Of a stretch of 64,000 nt of DNA, positions 18,686-26,210 are shown in pieces. This DNA is from a virus. The position numbers and the translations under genes were made by a program. Location: the IMG/VR virus record IMGVR_UViG_3300036772_000367, positions 91,227 to 155,226 of that record; one strand, written 5' to 3'. The notes under the pieces were generated by a model. That model was not told where the DNA came from. It worked only from the letters and a program-made list of their open reading frames with translations, and ran no database searches. Position 1 is the first letter of the stretch, and the number at the start of each line of letters is the position of its first letter.

Positions 18686-18948
18686 GCGAGAAATCCAGCA
18701 AGCATTTAAGCATCTACATGAGCTTCAGCGATGCCGTGTAATTCCTTTATACTATCGAGCCGTGCGGGGGACCATCCAAAACCAGCGGGCGTAGATGGTC
18801 CCCCTGTATCCCACCCGGACCCCTCCCAGTGGGGCCTGGCGGCCCTCCCCCGAACTGGGAGACTCCGAGGAGGGCCAGAGGCTCGAAGGGGAATTGAACC
18901 CCCATCTCGGCAATTCAGTTGTGTAGGTGCGGTCGATCTGGATTTCGC
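18686..18948 (-). ncRNA. Circularly permuted tRNA-like (YrlA/Y-RNA-like) RNA, domain 2
   Basis: Minus strand: TGCCG, T-arm GGGGGTTCAATTCCCCT, TCGAGCC, then hairpins, then GGCTCGA, TA, D-arm GTATAAAGGAATTAC, A, CGGCA. Closed by the long stems GCGAAATCCAG/CTGGATTTCTCGC and GCACCTACA/TGTAGATGC. Confidence 0.75.
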
Positions 18949-18963
18949 AGCGGGTTTCAGCTT

Positions 18964-19151
18964 GGGGCAAGAACTTGAGTCTGATGAGAAACGGTGCCTC
19001 TGCCAATTGGGCTACCGGAGCGTTGGGGAGAAGAGAACGCGTGCACGTTCTCTTCTCCGATCCCTGACTAGAGGGTAGAGCTCCGGGAGGGATTCGAACC
19101 CTCACTGTCCCGTTGTTCTCTGAGCCTCAGCTTTACCTTGAGCTTATGCCC
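18964..19151 (-). ncRNA. Circularly permuted tRNA-like (YrlA/Y-RNA-like) RNA, domain 1
   Basis: Minus strand: AACGG, T-arm GAGGGTTCGAATCCCTC, CCGGAGC, then hairpins, then GCTCCGG, TAGCCCAATTGGCAGAGGC, A, CCGTT. The ends can pair (GGGCATAAG/CTTGCCC). Confidence 0.8.
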
Positions 19152-19183
19152 ACCCGACCTCAAGGAGGTCGGGAGTCTGTGTG

Positions 19184-19954
19184 TTACCGGAGGTCGGTCA
19201 ACGGGTCGAACAGGTAGCCGAAGATCCTGCGGCCGAGGGTACGCTCCTGCTCCACGACGAGAGTATTGCCCTCGGAGCGAGCGGCTTTGACCGCGCGACG
19301 CAGGGTGTCGATGCGCTGGATCAACTCCACCTTCACCGAAGCGCGGATGGCGCCGGACGTCTTCACCGTCGCCCAGTAGCCGACGATCACGTCCTCGTAG
19401 AACATCTCGACCTGCGCCGGGTGCTTGTCGGTGGCCGGAGCCTTCTCGTGGTTGCGCGGGACCTTCTTGGTGCGGGTGGTTTCCGTGGGCACCGTCGCGA
19501 AGGCCACGGCGTCGTTGTTGTAGGACCACGTCTCGGCCGGGTCCAAGGTGGGCACCAGGCTGACCACCTTGCGCAGGTCGGTGAGCTGCTTCTCCAAGAA
19601 GATCAGGTAGGTCACCGGCACGTCGACCAGAATCGCGTCCGGCTGGCCGTCCAGCTTGACCGTGGCGACGGCACTGGTGTTGGCCTTCACCGAGGTGAAC
19701 TCCAGGTTCAACAGGTCCGCCAGGCTCTCCTGGAGGCCGTCGAGCAGCTCCGGTACGCGAAGCTGGACCTGGGTCTGCTCGGCCGGCAGCTTGTCGCCCT
19801 CGTCGTCCTTGGGCTTGTAGGTGCGCTGGATGCCGGCCATACGGCTGGTCTGAGTGCTGTTGAAGGTGTGCAGGACGCCTTCCAGCGACTTCTTGGCGCG
19901 GTTCTTGGCGTCGGGCAGTACGGCGAGGATCTGGCTGAGGCGAGTGGTCGCCAC
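19184..19954 (-). CDS. Conserved actinobacterial hypothetical protein, ncRNA-associated
   Basis: LSQILAV...GIQRTYKPKDDEGDKLP...VPVTYLIFLEKQL...APATDKHPAQV matches a conserved hypothetical family I recall from Streptomyces (possibly DUF7873; unverified). Strong codon bias and GGAGG RBS. Confidence 0.8.
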   Translation of the reverse strand: MATTRLSQILAVLPDAKNRAKKSLEGVLHTFNSTQTSRMAGIQRTYKPKDDEGDKLPAEQTQVQLRVPELLDGLQESLADLLNLEFTSVKANTSAVATVKLDGQPDAILVDVPVTYLIFLEKQLTDLRKVVSLVPTLDPAETWSYNNDAVAFATVPTETTRTKKVPRNHEKAPATDKHPAQVEMFYEDVIVGYWATVKTSGAIRASVKVELIQRIDTLRRAVKAARSEGNTLVVEQERTLGRRIFGYLFDPLTDLR

Positions 19955-20324
19955 GTAGTGCCTCCGGGGTCCTGTGAGCTGAGCTTGAGGTAGTGCCGCT
20001 TCGCGTTCAGTGTCGTCCAGCGGCGGGTACGGACGGAAGTTAACAGGATCCCCACGTCTTCGTCAACTCCGTTCACTCAGTGTGATGTTGACCAAGGGGA
20101 GGTTGACAGACCAGGTGGCGACCACTATCACGCGTGTCCGGGCGCATTGTTTTGTGTGTCGACGATCGATTTGACATCGTCATTACCATTGAGGGTGGAG
20201 TTGGGTGGGTACGATACAGTCCATCCCGATATCCAGGATTTGACATGGTGGATAGGATCGGTTCTGGCTTCTGTTCTCCAACAAGCTCGCTCATATCCGC
20301 TCGCGAAATACATAAGGGCAACTC

Positions 20325-20372
20325 ACGCGCACGCGCTACGCGCCTGCGCGCTCGCTGCGCGCTACGCGCGCG
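20325..20372. repeat. CG-rich alternating low-complexity tract
   Basis: CACGCGCACGCGCTACGCGCCTGCGCGCTCGCTGCGCGCTACGCGCGCG, inside an ~800-bp divergent intergenic region. Confidence 0.6.
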
Positions 20373-20534
20373 AGGTATGCCAGGGACCTAACAACGGTAT
20401 TCAACCGTACCCAGTAATATCGCGCGAGTACCCGACCGCCGCCCCCAGCGCAAGCCCTCGACGGAGATTCTTAGAATGACTTTCGATACGCCTGACAAGA
20501 CCGAGTACTGCCGGGAGAGTGTGTCTCTGTGGGA

Positions 20535-20675
20535 ATGACACATAGCCATCGCTGGGGTGAATGGGTATACGATCCGTACACCAACAAATCTATTCGGACA
20601 TGTAAGGATCTTGAGTGTCAGGATCAGCAGACAGCCTCCGGAGATAAATCTCCTGGCAAAGACAAGAAGAAATAA
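20535..20675 (+). CDS. Small putative Zn-binding protein (46 aa)
   Basis: Manual translation: MTHSHRWGEWVYDPYTNKSIRTCKDLECQDQQ...KKK*. Confidence 0.4.
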   Translation: MTHSHRWGEWVYDPYTNKSIRTCKDLECQDQQTASGDKSPGKDKKK

Positions 20676-20772
20676 ATAGTCGGTCTTCCTGTGTACGGAG
20701 CGATGTTTCCATTAAAGGGTTGTTCCTGACACTCTGCTCGGCGGCTGCCGGGCTCATCTACCAGGAGACCGA

Positions 20773-21372
20773 ATGCCCCATCAGGTCAAGACCCTCGTCG
20801 GGAATGTGACTCTACCGTCCGACGATGAGGGCCCGCCGATTTCCGTCCAGGCCGCGCAACAGACCATCACGTTGACGGACGCGCAGTATGCGAAGATCCC
20901 GCCCGCCGCTTTCGCCAGCATGTCGTTCTACCAGGAACTGACGCCCGACCAGATCTCTAACGCCAACGCGCCGTACCAGGGCCTGTACTACTCCCTCACC
21001 GGCACGCACAGCGCCTACCTCCAGGACCTGGGGGCGACTGCCGGCGGCAGTATTCTGGTCACGGCTCAGGGCACGCACGTCGCTGCGATGGGTGCTCTGA
21101 CCTCGTCGGCCCCAGCGGCCGTGACGTCCAGTCAGAACGCCACGACCATCGCGGTGACGCCCGCCAACGCGTCCTACACCCAGGCTGACCAGACCACGAT
21201 CGCCAACCTGGCGAACGCCCTGAAGATCAGCTACAACGCCGCGCAGGTCGACATCGCAGCCCTGCGCACCACGTTGGCCGCAGTGCAGACCGACTTGGCG
21301 ACACTGCGCACGTTGGTGAACACTGAGCTGGCCGCCCTCCAGATCACAGGTGGTCCGCAGGCAGCGAGCTGA
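20773..21372 (+). CDS. Hypothetical, possibly structural (Ala/Thr-rich, C-terminal coiled coil)
   Basis: AGGAG RBS, strong codon bias, followed by a hairpin. Confidence 0.65.
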   Translation: MPHQVKTLVGNVTLPSDDEGPPISVQAAQQTITLTDAQYAKIPPAAFASMSFYQELTPDQISNANAPYQGLYYSLTGTHSAYLQDLGATAGGSILVTAQGTHVAAMGALTSSAPAAVTSSQNATTIAVTPANASYTQADQTTIANLANALKISYNAAQVDIAALRTTLAAVQTDLATLRTLVNTELAALQITGGPQAAS

Positions 21373-21385
21373 CCTGTAGAAGCAC

Positions 21386-21421
21386 CTCGACCCCGCACCT
21401 CCTCCAGGGTGCGGGGTCGAG
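21386..21421. terminator. Probable bidirectional terminator hairpin
   Basis: 14-bp stem CTCGACCCCGCACC/GGTGCGGGGTCGAG, between the convergent gene and the array. Confidence 0.7.
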
Positions 21422-21462
21422 TCTGTCTAGAAATATGGAAAGCGACGACGCACTCCTGGACT

Positions 21463-22464
21463 GGAACACCCATCGATGGCTTGGCGAATGAATCACCCCA
21501 ATGAAACACTCTGGATCGCGGTGTGTGGAATACCCATATAAGATGTCGCGAACGGAACACTCCAGATAGTGGCGAGAAGTCGTCGGGCGTGGAACACCCG
21601 TAACTGCCAACACGCCAAGGAGGAACACCCTCAAATCGGCGCGTACCTGTGCTATGGAACATCCCCGTAGAACAAAAGACCCGCTCGGCTACCGCTGTCG
21701 GAACACCCCGTGTACGTGGGACAGATAGGTGGACCGACGATCTACGCCGAGGCCGGGAGGGAACACCCTCAGGAATCAAGGTCATCGCCCTGGGACGGGA
21801 GGGAACACCGGACCCTGCTACATCGGCAGCGGCAAGTGGAACACACAGGCAGTGGTGAGGAACGTCGGGGGAACACCCTGTTCGGATTGCTTCCCCCGTA
21901 GGAATACTCTCACAGGTACCGGTAGACGTGCCGAGAACACCCTGTACGGCATGATCGACTGATCGTCGCGGAACAAACCCTCAGATCTTTCGGATGACCA
22001 GGTAGCCCAGAACACTCTCGTGAGAACACTCTTGTACAGCGGGAGTTATACAAGTTCGCTGGAGCAGCCTCGCATACACGGGACAGATCTGGAGCCGCGC
22101 GGGAGGGGAGAACACCCCTGTGTACGTGGGATAGACCTTACGTGTGTCGGCGTAAGCCCGTACAGCAGAAGAACACCCTCGCGTACACAGGAAAGACGGC
22201 CCGCCGTCGCTGTCCGCCTTGAGTGGAACAACCCTGAGTACGTGGGACAGACGGACCCTTCTTGCCGAGCCACAGTCTGTCACTCGGAACACTTCTGCGT
22301 ACGTGGGACAGACCGCTCGAAGCGATCCTTGAATGCCTGACGAGCCGGAATACCCCTGTGTACGTGGGCAGACCTTGGCGGTATTCGCGGCCCGGAACAC
22401 ACCCGCGTACGCGAGACAGACGGCGGCCCTGTAACCACGGATGGATGAGCCAACGGAACATCCC
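21463..22464 (-). CRISPR. Degenerate type I-E-derived CRISPR array (~25 units; 8 near-full repeats, ~17 truncated to 9 nt)
   Basis: Full 27-28-nt repeats (+ strand consensus GGAACACCCCTGTGTACGTGGGACAGAC) at 21700, 22061, 22109, 22170, 22225, 22286, 22347 and 22394, with five exact 33-nt spacers. Short RGAACACYC units at 21463, 21503, 21527, 21554, 21591, 21622, 21656, 21760, 21802, 21838, 21870, 21901, 21934, 21970, 22009, 22023 and 22455. Confidence 0.85.
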
Positions 22465-22499
22465 GTCAGGGCACCGATTTCCCGTGTCCATATCACTAT

Positions 22500-22640
22500 G
22501 TAGATATAGGGGTGTGTCAGGAATTACTTCCTGGCGGTGGCCATCTGACGATGGTCTTCTCGTTTCACCGAGGACTGCTCACCATTGCTGGTGAGACTGA
22601 CATTCTCTCCACGAGCGTTTAATGTCTCCCCTGCTCCAGA
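22500..22640 (-). ncRNA. Putative TnpB omega-RNA (reRNA) overlapping the tnpB 3' end
   Basis: TnpB omega-RNAs are known to overlap the gene's 3' end. Hairpins GACCATC..GATGGCC and CAGGAA-GTAA-TTCCTG are present. Boundaries are approximate. Confidence 0.5.
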
Positions 22641-23966
22641 GGCGACAGATCGATCAGGGGCCCATTCCACCAGATTTCTGGCGGCATTCACGTCCCGATT
22701 GAGGACGAGACCGCAATGATCACAAACATATACTCTGTCCTGGAGGTTCAGCGTGGCTTTAACTGAACCGCATCGAGAACATACTTTACTGGAAGGAAAA
22801 AATCTGTCTACCACGGTCAGGGCAGATCCGTACCACTGGGTCTTGTAGTCCAGTTGGCGGCGGAACTCACCGAACGCGGCATCCAGAATCGAGCGCGAAA
22901 GACCTGATTTCGCTCGAACATTCTTGCCGGGCTTCTCGACGGTGCCTCGGGCTGAGGCTGTCATGCCGAGTACGTTCAGATCTTCGATGGCCACGCGCTC
23001 GTACTGCGTAGCCAAGTTCTTGGTCAGCCCGTGCAGGAACGATGCTCGTTGCTCGGCGACCTGGTGGTGAATGCGGCCGACCCGAACTGCCGCACGATGA
23101 CGTCGTGCAGAGCCCCGTTCGGTCCGACTCAGTCGCCGCTGTGCTGTGCGCAGTCGTGCGGCAGCAGCGCGGACGAACCGAGGATTGTTGATCAGGGTGC
23201 CGTCCGAGTAGGCGGCCAGGTGCAACAAGCCCACATCGACACCGACGGCACCACGGACACGCTGGGCACGCGTGGTGGGCCGGAGAACGTGCTCTGCCGG
23301 CTCCTTCACCAACACGGCCGCGTACCACTGCGAAGCGCCCCGAGATAGCGCCACGGACTGAATCCGGGCACCCCTACTCAGGGCACGCACCAGACGCTTC
23401 GCCGAGGAGTGCAAGCGAAGCGACCCGAGTCGGGGAACGAGTAGGTGCCGGTATCCATCCGGGCGGATGGTAGGCGACTTGACATCGTGGTAGATCCGGA
23501 ATGAGTCGCGCGAGCGACCCTTCTTCTTGAACTTCGGGTAGCCCATCTTCCGGCCTTTGCGTTTGCCGGTGAGGGAATTCATCCAGTTCTTGAAGGCAGC
23601 ATCGGCATCGGAGAAGGCCGAGGAGAAGGTGTAGGAGGACACGGTGCGCCACCAGGGGCTGGCACCGTCCTCGCCGGTCTTCTCGTCGCCTCGGATCTTG
23701 ATCCACGCACTCTTCATCGTGAAGGCCGTCGGGATCTTGATCGACACCTGCTTGCGGGCGACCTGCTCGTCTAGGCCCTCGTCCACCAGCGCCTGGACCT
23801 GGTCACGCCAGGTCTGATGCACGCCGATCTTCACCGCCAGGGCGTGATTGAATGCCCATCGAGCGGTGCCGGCGTGCTGTGCCAACGCGGACAGCTGGTT
23901 CTGGTTGGGGTCCAGGTTGAAGCGGTACGCGCGGAGGATCGTCGCCGACTCATCGGACTCGGTCAT
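22524..23966 (-). CDS. tnpB: RNA-guided endonuclease TnpB (IS200/IS605/IS607 OrfB family), no tnpA nearby
   Basis: N-terminal HTH (RAYRFNLDPN...AGTARWAFN), RuvC-I GVDVG, RuvC-II IEDL, Zn finger CSRC/CDHC, RuvC-III RDVNAARN. AAGGAGG RBS before ATG 23966. Confidence 0.93.
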   Translation of the reverse strand: MTESDESATILRAYRFNLDPNQNQLSALAQHAGTARWAFNHALAVKIGVHQTWRDQVQALVDEGLDEQVARKQVSIKIPTAFTMKSAWIKIRGDEKTGEDGASPWWRTVSSYTFSSAFSDADAAFKNWMNSLTGKRKGRKMGYPKFKKKGRSRDSFRIYHDVKSPTIRPDGYRHLLVPRLGSLRLHSSAKRLVRALSRGARIQSVALSRGASQWYAAVLVKEPAEHVLRPTTRAQRVRGAVGVDVGLLHLAAYSDGTLINNPRFVRAAAARLRTAQRRLSRTERGSARRHRAAVRVGRIHHQVAEQRASFLHGLTKNLATQYERVAIEDLNVLGMTASARGTVEKPGKNVRAKSGLSRSILDAAFGEFRRQLDYKTQWYGSALTVVDRFFPSSKVCSRCGSVKATLNLQDRVYVCDHCGLVLNRDVNAARNLVEWAPDRSVASGAGETLNARGENVSLTSNGEQSSVKREDHRQMATARK

Positions 23967-24115
23967 CTCACGCACCTCCTTCAGTCGCTGGAACCGGTAA
24001 CACGTAATCTACGCATGTCTTCCGCAGAAGTCAAACTACTACGGAGGTAGTTTTCTCTTCCCTCGGAGGTCACTGGGCTGCTACACTTCCTAAAGACGCC
24101 AACCGCACCGGAGGA

Positions 24116-26110
24116 ATGAGCGCCATGAGCTGGAAGTCCGCACAGGCCGCATTGTCCGCAAGCCTGCCCCGCTACGAAGACCGCCCCGAGCAGACCCGCC
24201 TGGCGACCACTATCGAGCAGACCTTCGCCACGGGCACGCACGAGCTGGCCCAGGCCGGTACGGGCACCGGTAAGTCCCTCGCCCTGCTGATCCCGGCCAT
24301 TCAGTACTCCCTGGAGACCGGCGGCCCGGTGGTTGTGGCCACCGCGACCAAGGCCCTTCAGGACCAGTACGCCGGCAAGGACCTGCCGTTCCTGCGCGAG
24401 CACCTGGGTGTCGAGTTCGACTACGCGGTGGTCAAGGGTCGCAGCAACTACATCTGCCTGGCGAAGGCCAACGCTCTGGCCCCCAACGTGGTGCAGAACC
24501 AGGTCGCGCTGCTGGAGGAGTTGATCACCCACAAGACCGGCGACTTCGACGAGCTGGCCACCGTCATGGACCCGCGTGACAAGCCGCAGCTGACCACCGG
24601 TTCGGACGAATGTCCCGGCAAGCGGGACTGCCCCTTTGGTGAGATGTGCTTCGCCGAACAAGCCAAGCAGCGGGCGCGCGAGGCCAACATCATCGTGGCC
24701 AACCACTCGGTGCTGGTGACCGATCTGGCCGTGAAGCAGGCAACGGCGGGACGCGGTTCCCTCCTGCCCGACTACGACGCGGTGGCCATCGACGAGGCCC
24801 ACGAGCTGGAGGACTACACCACCAACGCCATCGGCGGGGAGTTCACCCAGCGCAGCTTCACCGCGTACTCCACCGAGGTCGCCAGCTTCCTGCACGACCC
24901 GAAGATCACCCAGCAGGTCAACGGTGCCGCCCAGCGGCTGTTCACCACGCTGGAGCGGTTCCAGGGCAACGAGAAGACCCGGAACCTGACCGACATGGCC
25001 GTGTTGGACCACGAGTCTGAGTTCATCGCCGCGATCGACGCGCTGCGCACGCTGCGTACGCACGTGGAAGCCGAAAAGATCGTCGGCAACGACGACGCGG
25101 CCGGTCGGCGCAAGCGGTTGCTCAAGCGGGGCAAAAGCCTGATCGACCGGCTGGTGGCCGTGGTGCTGTCGGACTCCGAGGACTTGGTTCGCTGGGTGGA
25201 GCGCGACGACAAGCGTGGCGTCATCCTGAAGTACGCCCCCCTCTCGGTCGCGAGTTTCCTGCGGGAGAACCTGTGGCAGCAGGTCAGTTTCCCGGACTCC
25301 GACCTGGGCGACAGGCTGCCGGAGGTCACCAACCGGACCGTGATCCTGCTGTCGGCCACCCTGGCGCTGTCCGGAGACTTCGGCTACATCGCCTCCCGGT
25401 TGGGTCTGGACGAGTACAACTCGTTCGACGCCGGCACGCCGTTCAACTACCCGCAGCAGTCGGCCCTCTACGTTCCGCAGACCGACTTCGATCCCTCGCA
25501 GGGTTTCACCTGGCAGGCCAAGATGTCCGCGTCCATCGGTGAGATGGTCAAGGCAGCCGGTGGCCGGGCGCTGCTGCTGTTCACCTCGCGCACCGCGATG
25601 AACGCCGCCTACGACACCACGGCCAACCAGATGGCCGCTGCCGGCCTGACGGTACTGCGCCAGGGTGACAGGCCCAACCGGCAGCTCGTGGACGAGTTCA
25701 AGGCCGATGAGACCTCGGTTCTGTTCGCGCTGAAGTCCTTCATGACCGGTGTGGACGTGCAGGGCGATGCCCTCCGGCTGGTCGTGATCGACAAGCTGCC
25801 CTTCCCGGTGCCCACCGACGTCATCGTCAAGGCCCGTGCCGACGCCGTTGACGCCAAGGCGAGGAACAAGTGGGTGGATGGTGCCTTCCCCACCCTGACG
25901 GTGCCCGCCATGGCGCTGACCCTGATGCAGGCGTTCGGTCGGCTGATCCGGACCCGGGACGACGAGGGTCTCGTTGCGATCATGGACTCGCGGTTGTACT
26001 CCAAGAAGTACGGCAAGAAGATCCTCGCCGCACTGCCGTCGGCCCAGCGGTTGACTACGCTGACCGAGGCGACCGACTACCTGGCGGAGCTGACCAAGCG
26101 TCGGGGCTGA
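24116..26110 (+). CDS. dinG: DinG/YoaA-family Fe-S helicase
   Basis: Q motif RPEQ, AGTGTGKS, KGRSNYIC plus C..CP..C Fe-S cysteines, DEAH, SATL, GVDVQG, QAFGRLIR. Confidence 0.93.
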   Translation: MSAMSWKSAQAALSASLPRYEDRPEQTRLATTIEQTFATGTHELAQAGTGTGKSLALLIPAIQYSLETGGPVVVATATKALQDQYAGKDLPFLREHLGVEFDYAVVKGRSNYICLAKANALAPNVVQNQVALLEELITHKTGDFDELATVMDPRDKPQLTTGSDECPGKRDCPFGEMCFAEQAKQRAREANIIVANHSVLVTDLAVKQATAGRGSLLPDYDAVAIDEAHELEDYTTNAIGGEFTQRSFTAYSTEVASFLHDPKITQQVNGAAQRLFTTLERFQGNEKTRNLTDMAVLDHESEFIAAIDALRTLRTHVEAEKIVGNDDAAGRRKRLLKRGKSLIDRLVAVVLSDSEDLVRWVERDDKRGVILKYAPLSVASFLRENLWQQVSFPDSDLGDRLPEVTNRTVILLSATLALSGDFGYIASRLGLDEYNSFDAGTPFNYPQQSALYVPQTDFDPSQGFTWQAKMSASIGEMVKAAGGRALLLFTSRTAMNAAYDTTANQMAAAGLTVLRQGDRPNRQLVDEFKADETSVLFALKSFMTGVDVQGDALRLVVIDKLPFPVPTDVIVKARADAVDAKARNKWVDGAFPTLTVPAMALTLMQAFGRLIRTRDDEGLVAIMDSRLYSKKYGKKILAALPSAQRLTTLTEATDYLAELTKRRG

Positions 26111-26136
26111 CACACACACGATCTTCCTTTACACTC

Positions 26137-26167
26137 GGCGACAGGAGAAATCCTGTCGCCTTTCTTT
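26137..26167 (+). terminator. Intrinsic terminator
   Basis: GGCGACAGGA/TCCTGTCGCC stem followed by TTTCTTT. Confidence 0.75.
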
Positions 26168-26210
26168 GTCTTCCCTTCGAGGAATGACACTGCTCCTGTA
26201 AAGGAATACG

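Noticed and set aside
18732-19114. Canonical tRNA genes or tmRNA
   Set aside because: The halves are in permuted order with no anticodon loop or CCA, both have full D-arms, and no tag ORF is evident. Reported as tRNA-like ncRNA instead.
21231-22594. ORFs across the array
   Set aside because: The translations only reflect the repeats (GVP/EHP/GVF) and lack RBS or codon bias.
22500-24000. Autonomous IS605/IS607 element
   Set aside because: No TnpA (Y1 or serine recombinase) gene and no clear left end was identified.
21463-26110. Complete type IV-A or I-E CRISPR-Cas locus
   Set aside because: No Cas5/6/7/8, Csf, Cas1/2 or Cas3 genes are recognisable in the window.
23981-26119. 712-aa antisense ORF and other long shadow ORFs (e.g. 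7181-8383, 19181-19993, 40744-42042)
   Set aside because: These are antisense shadows of GC3-biased genes with no recognisable motifs.
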